In this document: in pieces, positions 9,129 to 19,610 of the stretch | Layout: each line of letters begins with the position of its first letter | How positions within the stretch are numbered: position 1 is the stretch's first letter | DNA from: Nitrospirota bacterium | GTDB taxonomy: Bacteria; Nitrospirota; UBA9217 | Direction: 5' to 3' | DNA: 64,000 nucleotides | Assembly: GCA_963751455.1 (NCBI GenBank) | Contig: CAVVUN010000008.1 | Location: 256,001 to 320,000 of the forward strand | Made by a program: the position numbers and the translations under genes | Notes under the pieces: model-generated | Database searches by the model: none | Told to the model about the DNA's origin: nothing | What the model saw: only the letters and a program-made list of their open reading frames with translations

Positions 9129-11001
9129 GATGAATTCGTAAGAAGTCAAACGGCGTAAAGTACCTTAAACTGCATAATCAGCGGCCGGAGACTGATCCAG
9201 CGCCCGATGGCGGCTGAAACATTCTGCACTCGTTCTTTGACAGCACAAAATAGCAATGAAAGGGCGGCTATGAGGGCCGATTCCTCTTCCTTTTCCCGTT
9301 TGCGGAATGCCGCCGCCCGGATAATGTTGATTCCGGCAGCCTTCAAGTACGCGGCGAAGCTCACGGCGGACAGTCCTCGTACGCGCAAGTTCTTGAAGCC
9401 GGTTATTCGGTCAAGCTGAGACATGGTTCCTTCGACCCCTGCACGGAAGCGGTACCTGTCCCGAAACTCGGGAGTGTCTTCCTGAGCCCGTCGCTGGGCC
9501 AGACGGATCGCTTTATCGTCGTATCGGAGATAGCGGCCCTTTTTGCCGGGCAGCGTCGGACATGTGTTCTTTCGGGAACAACCACGGCACGCTTTTTTTG
9601 AAAAGAGCGCGGAGTGATTGTCGTCTTTGCTCCGGGTTTTGAGAGGAGCGCGTCCCTCGGGGCATAAGGTGATTTCGTTTTCGCTGTTCATGGTGAATGC
9701 CGTGAATGGCACGCTGTCTTCGCCGAGGTTGCCCATGACCGGGGAAACGACTTCAACTCCCATGGTCTTTGCCTTCTCGCAGTTCTCGTCGCTGCCATAG
9801 GGGGTGTCGGCAATGACCGCTTCCGGTTTCAGACCCAACTTCTCCGTTGATTCGATAAGCGGAATAGTGGCATGGGTGTCGTGCTTGTGGGCAGGTTCTA
9901 CGATCACACTGGTGATCAAATTCAGGGTGTTGGTATCCTCGGACGTGCCGTAGCTTTCGGCGACCTGCACCTGGTAGCCCTTGCCCTTGTGGCCGTCATA
10001 CCCGGCGTCGGGGTCGGAAGGGTTTTGCAGAGAATCGGAAGGCACGTCCTTGTTGGCCTTGACCGAGACCAGGGTTGTATGCGTATCAACGCGTTCCACG
10101 ATGCATTGTTCCTTAAGCAGCCGGACAAGGAGCTGATAGGTGTTCATGGTGGTAATTGGCTCGTTTCCTCTGAACCGTTCCACCAGGCTGAACACGTCGT
10201 TGGCCAGCGTCCTTAGCGTGTTTATCGATTCCGAGGGTCTGACCATCGAGAAGACGGCATCTCCCTGTTTGGTCATGTACCGGTCGGTGATGGCCGTCTC
10301 TAATGATTCATAGAGGTCTTTATGGTGACGCTTGAGGTTCACCAGGAACTTCTTAATAGTCTTTACGAACAGGCCGAGCCGGCCCAAGTGGCGCATATTG
10401 GAGTAGATGTGGACCGAGTCGAAGCGCTGCTTGGCGACATCGACTTTGAATACATCGGCAAGCATCGTGACGACTTCTTCAAAGATAACTTGGTAGAGGT
10501 TCCGTTCGATCAGTAGGTCGCGCATGTTCCAGAGGGTCTTGGGGCTGACATAAGCGGCGGTGTCCGCCGCGCTTGTGATGTTCAGGGCATAATGCCACTG
10601 GAGATTATAGGCAAACTGGTCTACGGCTTCTTCGTCGGTCAGGTCGTTCATCTGCTGGAGGACCATGAGGCCGATCATGGAATAGAGTTCCTTGGTCGGC
10701 GCTCCGAAAACCGGATCGTATTTTGAGAAAATTTTCTCGACTGGCAGCGTGGTAAGAATATGCTCCCGAAATACCTTTGCCCAGGACCCCTCGATGCGCT
10801 GTTTACGTTTAGGTCCCAGGAAGGGAAAGGGATCGAACATGTCGGGGGTTTTGTGATCCTTGATGTGGATCATTCTGGCTCCTTGATTGCGATAGGTGAT
10901 GCTGTTGTGTATCACAAAACCCCTTGTACTGCAAAGGAAATATGATGTTTTGCGCGATTTATTTTGGCTGAATCACGACAGTTCGTTCTTACGAGATCAT
11001 C
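9129..11001 (-). mobile_element. complete insertion sequence, IS1182/IS5-like
   Basis: TIRs GATGAATTCGTAAGAA / TTCTTACGAGATCATC; 7-bp duplication ATACTTT (9122-9128, 11002-11008). Confidence 0.9.
9146..10873 (-). CDS. DDE transposase (IS1182/IS5-like)
   Basis: RFDSVH, SDPDAGY, ADTPYGS, YRFRAGVEG motifs and a Cys-rich insertion; lies between the TIRs. Confidence 0.9.
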   Translation of the reverse strand: MIHIKDHKTPDMFDPFPFLGPKRKQRIEGSWAKVFREHILTTLPVEKIFSKYDPVFGAPTKELYSMIGLMVLQQMNDLTDEEAVDQFAYNLQWHYALNITSAADTAAYVSPKTLWNMRDLLIERNLYQVIFEEVVTMLADVFKVDVAKQRFDSVHIYSNMRHLGRLGLFVKTIKKFLVNLKRHHKDLYESLETAITDRYMTKQGDAVFSMVRPSESINTLRTLANDVFSLVERFRGNEPITTMNTYQLLVRLLKEQCIVERVDTHTTLVSVKANKDVPSDSLQNPSDPDAGYDGHKGKGYQVQVAESYGTSEDTNTLNLITSVIVEPAHKHDTHATIPLIESTEKLGLKPEAVIADTPYGSDENCEKAKTMGVEVVSPVMGNLGEDSVPFTAFTMNSENEITLCPEGRAPLKTRSKDDNHSALFSKKACRGCSRKNTCPTLPGKKGRYLRYDDKAIRLAQRRAQEDTPEFRDRYRFRAGVEGTMSQLDRITGFKNLRVRGLSAVSFAAYLKAAGINIIRAAAFRKREKEEESALIAALSLLFCAVKERVQNVSAAIGRWISLRPLIMQFKVLYAV

Positions 11002-11064
11002 ATACTTTGGTTGCGTAAAAAGTTCTCGATAAGTGTTGAGTGGATAAGGAGCGAAGATGAAAGG

Positions 11065-11394
11065 TCAGAACTCGGGGAAAAGTCTCAGGGTAACGGTCTT
11101 GCCGTTCGGCAAACGGGTAGAGGCGCTGAGGATGCCGCCTTCAATATATTCCAGGTTGAAATTCCGGTATCCTGCCGATACGAGGTCCTTGGCGTTTGCC
11201 GGGCATCCAGCTTCGCACCCGGCAATGCCTTTGACCATGCGTGGTAAAAGTCCGCGAACGTCCGTGCCGTTGAGCGTTCCCCTTGATTGAACGAACCCTT
11301 CTATCCTTGAGACCATGGAATCCAGATCAAGATGAAAAGGATCGGCAATAGTGATTGAAATTGATTCTTTATCAACCCGAACATCAAGTTCCAT
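11065..11394 (-). CDS. hypothetical protein (109 aa, GCEAGCPA motif)
   Basis: AGGAGG RBS before ATG 11394. Confidence 0.7.
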   Translation of the reverse strand: MELDVRVDKESISITIADPFHLDLDSMVSRIEGFVQSRGTLNGTDVRGLLPRMVKGIAGCEAGCPANAKDLVSAGYRNFNLEYIEGGILSASTRLPNGKTVTLRLFPEF

Positions 11395-11654
11395 TCTGCT
11401 GGACCCTCCTAAAAAATGCCCGGTTCGCCAATGCGAATTCAGCCGGGTATCATCAAAAAACGGCATCTCAGGTCTAGTATAGAGAATTGGCGCGTGAGTA
11501 GCTACAAACAATACTATAAAAACCAATAAAAGGCAAGGAGATTGGATCGTGGGCGATCGTGGGTGTCAAGGATGGATATTCCGGGGATAAGCAGGACTGA
11601 TTGTGAGCGGCAAGCGCAGCTGTTTTGAGGATGGGCAGGTTTTATAAATCCAAT

Positions 11655-12140
11655 TTATAAACGAATGTCATCGATCTGTTTTTTGAGCAGCTTAATGAGA
11701 ACTACGCCGGTGCCGGTATTGAACAACAGCTTTCGGCCGTTTTTGCCCCCGGTATCCTCGCTGATAATGGGGATTTTGGCGTCAGAAAGGAGGTCCCTGG
11801 CCAGTTCGATGTTTCGCTGACCGATACTGATGAAACCGTTGCTGGTAATGACATCACCCCCGCCGAAGACCTTCGCCCTGATGTTTTCCTGGTCTGCTCC
11901 GAGGCCGGTCACCTTCTGTATCAGTTTAGCAATTGCGATGTTGCCGTACCGGGGCGAGGCAAGACCTTCTCCGTTCCACAATGGAAGCATGAAGTGATTG
12001 ATGCCGCCGATCTTTTGCACCGGGTCCCAGAGGCACACGGAAATGCATGAGCCGAGCACCGTAGTAACCAGGTGTTCACATTCGTGCGCAAAGAGCCCTC
12101 CGGGCAGGAGGTAGTGGCTTTTAGTCTCATTACCATTCAT
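11655..12140 (-). CDS. cheD: chemoreceptor glutamine deamidase CheD
   Basis: TTVLGSCISVCLWD, GGINHFMLP, AKVFGGG, IGQRN, EDTGG motifs. Confidence 0.93.
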   Translation of the reverse strand: MNGNETKSHYLLPGGLFAHECEHLVTTVLGSCISVCLWDPVQKIGGINHFMLPLWNGEGLASPRYGNIAIAKLIQKVTGLGADQENIRAKVFGGGDVITSNGFISIGQRNIELARDLLSDAKIPIISEDTGGKNGRKLLFNTGTGVVLIKLLKKQIDDIRL

Positions 12141-12161
12141 CGCGTTATTTTCCTGGAGGGC

Positions 12162-13046
12162 TCAAAAGGTGCTCCCGCAGTCGAAAAGAAACTCGTTTCC
12201 ATCCTCAGCCAAAACGTCGGTTTCTTCCGCCGCATCGGGCACAGCTATTCTAAAGATGCATCCTCCCCCCGGAGCGTCGGCGAACGTCAGGGTGCCTCCA
12301 AACATCGCTATCAGGGCCTGGGTTATGCTCAGGCCGAGACCATGACCGCGATGTTTTTTCCTCGGCCCCGAGTCGATCTGACGAAAACGCTCGAACAGGC
12401 GTTCCCGGTCTTTCTCCGGAATGCCGATTCCTTCATCCACAATAGACACCTGCAGGACCGCCCCTTCTTTGCAGAGTTCGATGGTCACGGTTTTGTCGGG
12501 CCGGTTGAACTCGATCGCATTGGCCAGGAGGTTCGCCAGTACGCGGTGAAGTTTTTCCGCGTCGCCGCGGAACGGCACCTTTGCATCGGCCTCTTCCCCC
12601 GCAAACTGTATTGTCACTCCTTTTTCCCGGGCCCGGTGTGCAAATGAGCCGATCACACTCCGTATGAGCGCGGCAGCATCCAGTTGCGCGATATTCAACC
12701 GGGTCTCGCCTGCCTCGAGTTCAGCTGCAATGAAGATGTTCTTGAGCTGGAAGTCGAGTTCGAAGGCTTCCTGGTAGATCATCCGTGCCATACGTTCTCT
12801 CGTTTGCTCGTCCGTTGCCGTTTTCGTCAGTTCCTGGGCAATCCCGAGGATCGATGCGAGCGGGTTGTTGATTTCGTTCCTGATGTTCGAGAGGAAATTG
12901 GTCTTGAGCCGCTCCGACTCAGTCAGCCTCTGGTTCAGCTTCTCTATCTTTTCTTTCATGATCGTTATGTCGTGAAGCGCCTTCCTGGTGTCGAGAAACC
13001 GTCTCTTCAGTTCCTGGAGCAATATGTCGTCGCTCATCATGTCCAT
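12162..13046 (-). CDS. soluble histidine-kinase-like protein with Asn in place of the H-box His
   Basis: FLSNIRNEINNPL; intact NLLANA, DEGIGI, FERF, GHGLGL. Confidence 0.88.
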   Translation of the reverse strand: MDMMSDDILLQELKRRFLDTRKALHDITIMKEKIEKLNQRLTESERLKTNFLSNIRNEINNPLASILGIAQELTKTATDEQTRERMARMIYQEAFELDFQLKNIFIAAELEAGETRLNIAQLDAAALIRSVIGSFAHRAREKGVTIQFAGEEADAKVPFRGDAEKLHRVLANLLANAIEFNRPDKTVTIELCKEGAVLQVSIVDEGIGIPEKDRERLFERFRQIDSGPRKKHRGHGLGLSITQALIAMFGGTLTFADAPGGGCIFRIAVPDAAEETDVLAEDGNEFLFDCGSTF

Positions 13047-13152
13047 GTCTTTCCTCCTGCAGCTCTTTGCGTACCGGAAAAAATATTATGATTTCTTATC
13101 GGACTTTTTCGGATTTTCTTTAATGAGGACAAGGTTTCGGAATTCTCGGCCG

Positions 13153-14454
13153 TTATCGGTAAGGGTAGAAAATATAGAAAAGCAGCGAGAGCGCCGCAAA
13201 GACCCACATGCCGGCATTGACTTCGCGGACCCTGCCCGCAAGGACCTTTAGCACCGGATACATCAGCAGCCCCGCCGTCATGCCCACACCGATGTTAAAT
13301 GTGAAGATCATAAGCACAATGGTCAGAAAAGCCGGTATGAGCTCGGTGTAATCGCTGAAGTTGATCCTGGTAATCGGATTAATCATAAAAATACCTATTA
13401 TGATCAGGGCTGCGCCGTACGCATGCGGCGGCACAACGGTCAGGAGCGGGGCGAAGAAGAGCGCAAGCAGAAATAGTGCCGCCACAACAACAGAGGTAAA
13501 GCCGGTACGCCCGCCTTCCTCGATTCCGGCTGCGGATTCGATATATACTCCCGTAGTGGTAGTGCCGAGCGCGGGGGCGGCCAGATTCGCGACAGCATCG
13601 GCAAGCATAGGCTTTTCAATCTCGGGCAGGTTGCCGTTCTTATCGAGAAAGCCCCCCCGGGCCGAAAGGCCGATAAGCGTTCCGACCGTATCTACAAAGG
13701 CCATGATGAAAATGATGAACGCGATTGGCAGATTCTTCGGACTGAAGGCGCCGGGGATATCGAGCTGCAGGAAAATCGGGCCAATCGACGGCGGCATGCT
13801 TACGAATGAATCGGGTATGGGTGTAATCCTGAACAGAAAGGAAAGGAGCGTTATGGCCAGCACGCCGATAATGACAGCCCCCCGCACGCGCCTGATCATC
13901 AGCCACGCTATCAAAAGAAAGCCGAACAAGGCAAGCAGCGTCGTAGGCTGCGTAATCCGGCCCAGGGTCACCGGAGCGCCGGGCACGCCGATGGCAACGA
14001 ATCCAATTTCATTCAAGCCGATGAACGTCAAAAACAGGCCAATCCCCACGCCAAAGCTGTACTTAAGCGACTGGGGGAGGGTGCTCGCAAGCCAGCCGCG
14101 CACCTTCGTGACCGTAAGAAGCGTAAACAGGACGCCTGCAACGAAGATAGCGCCGAGTGCCGTTTGCCATGGATAGCCGAGCGCCTTCACCACGGTAAAG
14201 GCGATAAAGGCATTTTCTCCCATGTAGGGCGCCAGAGCAAAGGGACGTTTGGCATACACACCCATGAGCAGCGAGCCGAACGCGGCCGCGAGGATCGTGG
14301 CGGTCATTGACGGACCCTTCGGAATACCCGCGGCACTCAGGATCGCCGGGTTCACGACGACGATATAGGCCATGGTCAGAAACGTCGTAATCCCCGCAAC
14401 CGTTTCCTTTTTATAGTCCGTGTTATGCTTTGCAAACTCGAAATAGGTTTTCAT
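13153..14454 (-). CDS. NCS2/AzgA-family purine permease
   Basis: GITTFLTMAYIVVVNP, APYMGENAF, YIESAAGIEEGGRTG. Confidence 0.93.
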   Translation of the reverse strand: MKTYFEFAKHNTDYKKETVAGITTFLTMAYIVVVNPAILSAAGIPKGPSMTATILAAAFGSLLMGVYAKRPFALAPYMGENAFIAFTVVKALGYPWQTALGAIFVAGVLFTLLTVTKVRGWLASTLPQSLKYSFGVGIGLFLTFIGLNEIGFVAIGVPGAPVTLGRITQPTTLLALFGFLLIAWLMIRRVRGAVIIGVLAITLLSFLFRITPIPDSFVSMPPSIGPIFLQLDIPGAFSPKNLPIAFIIFIMAFVDTVGTLIGLSARGGFLDKNGNLPEIEKPMLADAVANLAAPALGTTTTGVYIESAAGIEEGGRTGFTSVVVAALFLLALFFAPLLTVVPPHAYGAALIIIGIFMINPITRINFSDYTELIPAFLTIVLMIFTFNIGVGMTAGLLMYPVLKVLAGRVREVNAGMWVFAALSLLFYIFYPYR

Positions 14455-14543
14455 GCTACCCTTGGTTCCCCTCTCCGGCTTCTCAGCGAGAGGGCATATA
14501 ATGGGGTAATATATTTTTTCTCAAACGAAAAAATCCGCAACCA

Positions 14544-16022
14544 TCACGTTGCCTTCAGCAGTTCGGGATTGGTATGCGGAATAAATACCGCTCCCAGGTA
14601 TTCCTTCATGAACTCGGGGTCGTCGTGCATATGTTTATAGGTGATCCTTGCCGTAACGGAGTTTATGACGGAAAGCAATTCTGCGTTCTTAAGCAGCATC
14701 CGCGCTCCCTCGAGCGACGTGTTGCCGAGCGGCCTGATGATCGACGACGGCCATTCGGGAAGCATACCGATCGCGGCGGCCTTTCGAGCGTCAATCCCGC
14801 TTCCCAGTGCGCCCGATACGCAAACGCTCGTGATGTCCCTGAACGTGATTCCGAGGGACCGGGTCAGCACCAGGAGAAGCGTGAACATGGCCGCCTTTGA
14901 TTTCATGAAGTTGTGGATCTCACTCTGGCGTACGGTAAGCGGTTCGTCGCGGCCGCAGTGGAGTGCATACGCCAGCTCGTCTTCAAGGACGATTACGTTT
15001 TTACCGCCCGTCCTCAGCATGCCGTTCCGGTCGATGCTCCCATCTTCATAGAGCGCATAGAGAAGACTTACCATGCCCGAACCGCAGATTCCCTGCGCCG
15101 GAGCGTTGTCGAAGGTTTTGCAGGAAGGTGCGCCATTGCTGATTTCCAGGTCATAGATAATGCCGTTGGTTGCCCGCTTTCCGATCCGGCAGATACCTTC
15201 CTCGAGCGCAGGGCCGGCTGCGCCGGCCCCAACCAGCATCCACTCCTTATTTCCGATTACGATCTCCGCATTGGTGCCGACATCAATCAGCACCGAAAGC
15301 GAATCACGGTTATGAATATCTGCCGCAAGTATGCCGGCGACAATGTCCCCCCCGACATAACTGCCTGCATTCGGAAATACATAGACGAGCGCCTCGGGAT
15401 TCAAGTCCAGCGAAAGGTCGCGTGCCGCGAAGAAACCAGGCGTTCTTACTACGGGAACGAACGGGGCCATCGGAATGCTGCTGATGTCCAGGCCGAGAAA
15501 AAAATGACTCATTATGGTGTTGCCTGCTGCTGTCATAGCGTGAATATCATGGGGCTTAATTCCGGCCCTCTCGCAGAGCATTCTGACAACCAGGTTTACG
15601 CCGTCCGTGAGGGCCGCGTAGATATCCCTTTCCCGGTCTGACATTGCATAATGCGCGCGGGTCAATATGTCCGAACCGAACGCTATCTGCGGGTTTTCGA
15701 TGCTCGCCTCGAGAACGGTCGTCTGTCCGACATTGTCGTAGAGTATCGCAGCAATATTAGTAGTACCAAGGTCGAGGGCCACCGCATAAGAGCGTTCCTT
15801 TCCGATGTCGATCAGGGTATATCCGTTTTCAGTTCGTCCGATAATGCAGCTTAGTAAACGCTGGTCGGCTTCTACGTGCGCCGGGATTCGCTTCATTACG
15901 GACAGAGGTATTACAAGCGGACCCAGTGCCGCTGTGTCCCTGATGCGCTGGTCGTACGCGCGCCTGTCATTATCGTCCGGTTCGGGCAAGTGCAGCTTTT
16001 TTTTAAAAATCAGAGAAGACAT
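14544..16022 (-). CDS. ASKHA ATPase of the RACo/RamA (DUF4445) corrinoid-reactivator type
   Basis: DLGTT, NPQIAFGSDI, GGDIVAG, DVGTNAE, AGPALE, GICGSG. Confidence 0.85.
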   Translation of the reverse strand: MSSLIFKKKLHLPEPDDNDRRAYDQRIRDTAALGPLVIPLSVMKRIPAHVEADQRLLSCIIGRTENGYTLIDIGKERSYAVALDLGTTNIAAILYDNVGQTTVLEASIENPQIAFGSDILTRAHYAMSDRERDIYAALTDGVNLVVRMLCERAGIKPHDIHAMTAAGNTIMSHFFLGLDISSIPMAPFVPVVRTPGFFAARDLSLDLNPEALVYVFPNAGSYVGGDIVAGILAADIHNRDSLSVLIDVGTNAEIVIGNKEWMLVGAGAAGPALEEGICRIGKRATNGIIYDLEISNGAPSCKTFDNAPAQGICGSGMVSLLYALYEDGSIDRNGMLRTGGKNVIVLEDELAYALHCGRDEPLTVRQSEIHNFMKSKAAMFTLLLVLTRSLGITFRDITSVCVSGALGSGIDARKAAAIGMLPEWPSSIIRPLGNTSLEGARMLLKNAELLSVINSVTARITYKHMHDDPEFMKEYLGAVFIPHTNPELLKAT

Positions 16023-16565
16023 AGCAAACACCAAACTGATTAAAGTAGCTCCGAAATGTGCGCTTTCTAAAAATAGTACAAATTACGCGAAAAGGCAATC
16101 GCAAATATGCAAGCACAAAGGATGGCGAACCAAAGATTTCGTCCACCGCGTGCTCTCTGCATATCGACCTCTTTCACTTCGTGCTTGAGCTTGCAGCAGC
16201 TTCGCTTATTATCTAAAAGTTTTTCAGCGTTCTCGACTAAAGTTGCATGCACCCCGTTTATCGTACCGGGGACTGATGTGCATATGTCGGGAAAAAATAC
16301 GGCCGCTTGACAATTGAGGAATATTTGTTAAGTTTATAAACAGAAGTTAAGGAAACGGTGAAATACTATTAAGCGGCCTCGTACTGCACCCAGAGAACCG
16401 TTCACTGACCGGACTCACCGGTGTGCTGATGAATAAATAAAACTCTCCGATTTCAGCTGCATTTTCTCACTTATTAATGTGCCAAATCGTCCGAGGCTGT
16501 CGGTCTGCGGCATGCGCATTCGATACCGGAAAGGCTCACTGTCCGCCTGATTGAGAATCTTCATC

Positions 16566-17576
16566 ATGAATGAACTTTCCTTTTCCACCGACAGAAAATT
16601 ATTTATCCGTTCATGGCAAGAAGCAACTCCGCCGATCAACGGGCACAGCCCGCGCGATGTAATTGGGAAAAAGTACTATGACATATTTCCTCGAATATTT
16701 TTAAGAGACAACGATGCGCTTCTTGAAGCCGCCCGAAGAAAGAAGCCGCTTCTGCTCGAGCACTATTCCCTGCCGTGTCTCCATACCAGTATCCGTGCTG
16801 ACATAACGATCGAGCCGATAATGTCCGGCAAGGGTATACAGAGCGAGATAAGGGTAACCGTTCGCCCGCGTACCAGCTGCGCTGTGGCCAAGAAGCTCAG
16901 CGATTCTCAGAGATTGATCGACATCGGCACGGTAGCCTCCACCCTGGCCCACGGCGTACGAAATCCGCTCAATGCAATCAAAGGGGCAGTCGTATATCTC
17001 CGGGGGAAATACGACCGGGAAGCGCCGCTCATCGAGTTCACGAAAATCATGGAAGATGAGATTTCGCGGCTGGAAAACTTCATCTCCGCGTTTCTCAGTT
17101 CCTCGCTTTCGGATACAGACCGTTCGGCAACCGACATCAACCAGCTGCTTCGCCGGATCGGCGTCTTTACCGCATTCCAGCTCTCGGCAGCAAGCATCAC
17201 GCCGGTGTTTGAACTGGGCGATATTCCGGCGGCTGAAGTAAACGCCTTCCATCTGGAACAGGCCATTCTAAACGTCGTCAACAACGCGATCGAAGCAATG
17301 AGCAGGGGCGGCACTCTCAAAATCAGGACTTTCAGGGACACCCTCCGCGATTCGGATTTTCTTGTAATTGAAATTGCGGACTCAGGACCCGGAATGTCCG
17401 AGCTCAGTATCGCGGCGCGATCCGGCGCCCGCGGCAGGGGCTTCGGCCTCTTTATCGCTTATGAAGTCCTGAAATACTACAAAGGCCACTTGACGATTGA
17501 AAGCAAGAAGAATGAAGGAACAACAGTCCGGCTTTCCCTTCCCTTGAGCCGGCCGGAAACGGGAACGGAACGATGA
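16566..17576 (+). CDS. soluble sensor histidine kinase with PAS-like N-terminus
   Basis: LAHGVRNPL, NVVNNAIEA, DSGPGM, GRGFGL. Confidence 0.9.
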   Translation: MNELSFSTDRKLFIRSWQEATPPINGHSPRDVIGKKYYDIFPRIFLRDNDALLEAARRKKPLLLEHYSLPCLHTSIRADITIEPIMSGKGIQSEIRVTVRPRTSCAVAKKLSDSQRLIDIGTVASTLAHGVRNPLNAIKGAVVYLRGKYDREAPLIEFTKIMEDEISRLENFISAFLSSSLSDTDRSATDINQLLRRIGVFTAFQLSAASITPVFELGDIPAAEVNAFHLEQAILNVVNNAIEAMSRGGTLKIRTFRDTLRDSDFLVIEIADSGPGMSELSIAARSGARGRGFGLFIAYEVLKYYKGHLTIESKKNEGTTVRLSLPLSRPETGTER

Positions 17577-18940
17577 ATAAAGGAACCGTATTGATCGTTG
17601 ACGACGAACCGAATGCCTTGCGGGTTCTTTCCGCCATTCTGAAGGAAGAAGGCTATTCCATCCGGGAATCCATGGATGTGGACCAGGCGATCGGGGTGCT
17701 TATGAGCGGCCAGGTGGACGCGGTGATTACGGATGTGAAAATGCCCGTCCGGGACGGGTTCGACCTGTTTTATTATATTCACCGGCACCACGGCGGCCTT
17801 CCTGTCATGTTCCTCACTGCTCACGGAAGCGTCGAGTCTGCCGTCGATGCGATGACGAATGGAGCCGCATACTACTTCATCAAGCCTCCGGATTACGGGA
17901 AACTGAAAACAGTGCTGCAGCAGGCGCTCGAGCGGCGCAGCCAGCAGCGGTCCGATGGAGCGCAGCGTCCCGCCATAGAAGATTCATGCCGCATCATCGG
18001 CGTGACTCCTCCCATCAATCGGATACGGAATATAATTGATGCCGTAAAGGAGTCCGCGAGCAACATCCTGATCCAGGGCGAGACCGGTACCGGCAAGGAA
18101 GTAATCGCATGCAATATCCATTACCGCAGTAAACGCTCGGCGCTGCCCTTTATTGCGGTTAACTGCGCAGCCATTCCCCGCGAACTGATCGAATCGGAAC
18201 TGTTCGGATATGAAAAAGGGGCGTTTACCGGCGCCGCCGGCAGCAGAGTCGGCAAGTTTGAGGAAGCCGCGGGAGGAACTCTCTTTCTCGATGAGATCGG
18301 CGAACTGGAGCTCTCGCTTCAGTCAAAACTGCTTCGTGTTCTGCAAGAGCGCACGATCGAACGGCTCGGAAGCAATCGCAGGATCAAGGTCGACTTCAGA
18401 CTCATTTCGTCCACAAACCGCAACCTTAAAAATGAGATTGCCTCCGGCGGATTCCGGGAAGACCTTTTTTACCGCATCAACGTGGTCCAGATTGATGCGC
18501 CGCCCCTGCGTGACCGGCCCGGTGACATCCCGCTTCTCGCTGCCGAATTCACCCGACAGTTTTGCGCACGAGAGAGAAAACTGCTTGCGCTTTCCGATGA
18601 AGTGCTCGACGCCTTCAGGCATTTTCCCTGGCCGGGAAACGTCCGTCAACTCAAGAACGTAATCGAGCGCGCTGTTGTGCTCGCCTGCGGCAAGCGGATC
18701 ACGCTTGATGAACTTTCGGACGATTTCCGCACAGATATTCCGGACGACCGGACCGTTCACTCTATAACACCGCTCAAGGCGCTGGAACTCCAGGCAATAC
18801 GCGATGCGCTCACTGACTGCAGCGGGAATAAATCCAAGGCCGCACGCAAGCTCGGGATATCGCGCAAAGCCCTCTACAAAAGGTTGAACGACTCCTGCTC
18901 TTCGGACCTGGGCAACGCTGCCCCTCTTAGCGCTCAGTAA
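17573..18940 (+). CDS. NtrC-family sigma54 response regulator
   Basis: REC domain, [25 protein letters not shown]; 4-nt overlap with the kinase. Confidence 0.95.
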   Translation: MNKGTVLIVDDEPNALRVLSAILKEEGYSIRESMDVDQAIGVLMSGQVDAVITDVKMPVRDGFDLFYYIHRHHGGLPVMFLTAHGSVESAVDAMTNGAAYYFIKPPDYGKLKTVLQQALERRSQQRSDGAQRPAIEDSCRIIGVTPPINRIRNIIDAVKESASNILIQGETGTGKEVIACNIHYRSKRSALPFIAVNCAAIPRELIESELFGYEKGAFTGAAGSRVGKFEEAAGGTLFLDEIGELELSLQSKLLRVLQERTIERLGSNRRIKVDFRLISSTNRNLKNEIASGGFREDLFYRINVVQIDAPPLRDRPGDIPLLAAEFTRQFCARERKLLALSDEVLDAFRHFPWPGNVRQLKNVIERAVVLACGKRITLDELSDDFRTDIPDDRTVHSITPLKALELQAIRDALTDCSGNKSKAARKLGISRKALYKRLNDSCSSDLGNAAPLSAQ

Positions 18941-19072
18941 TATAACCAATTCTCCCGCATAATTCAGCCTTCCAAAAAATTATTTCAGGATACGTGCGTG
19001 AAAAGGCAATTTATCCGCGGGGAGCGCAGGAACGCTGAGAGACAATTGAAGGATACAATTACACTCCGTTGA

Positions 19073-19152
19073 CCCTTCGACTGGCTCAGGGCGAACGGAG
19101 GGAAGCTTGAAATCATGAGGCTTTATCCGTTCGTGGTGAGCCTGTCGAACCA
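19073..19152. repeat. REP-like inverted doublet
   Basis: CCCTTCGACTGGCTCAGGGCGAACGG...CCGTTCGTGGTGAGCCTGTCGAACC. Confidence 0.75.
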
Positions 19153-19169
19153 CTCCAAACACTAGTTTC

Positions 19170-19495
19170 GTAAATCCGTGTTAATCGGATTTTTTCCGCG
19201 TCCAACTGCTCTTTAAAAACCTTTACTTCGCATTATCTTTAAATTTGAATCAAGTTTTTGAGAAGCTAAAAAGCATTTACCGCGAAGGCGCGAGGAGTGC
19301 GAAGGAAACCATGCGACAAAATCTTATTTCTGGTTTAAACCCGTTTCAATTCCTGCTTTCCTCGCGTCCTTCGCGCCTTCGCGGTTCCAAGGTATTTTTT
19401 TCATCGGTCTGAGGCCTTGCCTCGTTAAAGTTTATTAGTTCTTTGCGTTCTTTTGCGGCAAAATAGATTTGCTTCCGGCTTATCAGGGTTTTAGG
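19170..19495. repeat. repeat cluster: CCT-family right-end remnant, CGCGAAG palindrome (~19279-19386), degenerate TTCCGGCTTATCAGGG end
   Basis: ACCGCGAAGGCGCGAGGAGTGCGAAGG...CCTCGCGTCCTTCGCGCCTTCGCGGT; similar to 59975-60106 and 61481-61572. Confidence 0.75.
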
Positions 19496-19610
19496 TAAGA
19501 GAAAACCGGTTTCCAGGCGGGAAAAAGAACAGCGGAAGAAGATAGGGGGCTGACTGCATATGCAGTCAGTTTTTTTTGAAGGTATTCCGGTTTAATCCTG
19601 GGCAGTTCTG

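Noticed and set aside
14455-14543. Purine riboswitch upstream of the NCS2 permease
   Set aside because: The gap is only ~90 nt with one simple hairpin; the TATAAT-like word is on the wrong strand and the aptamer core is absent.
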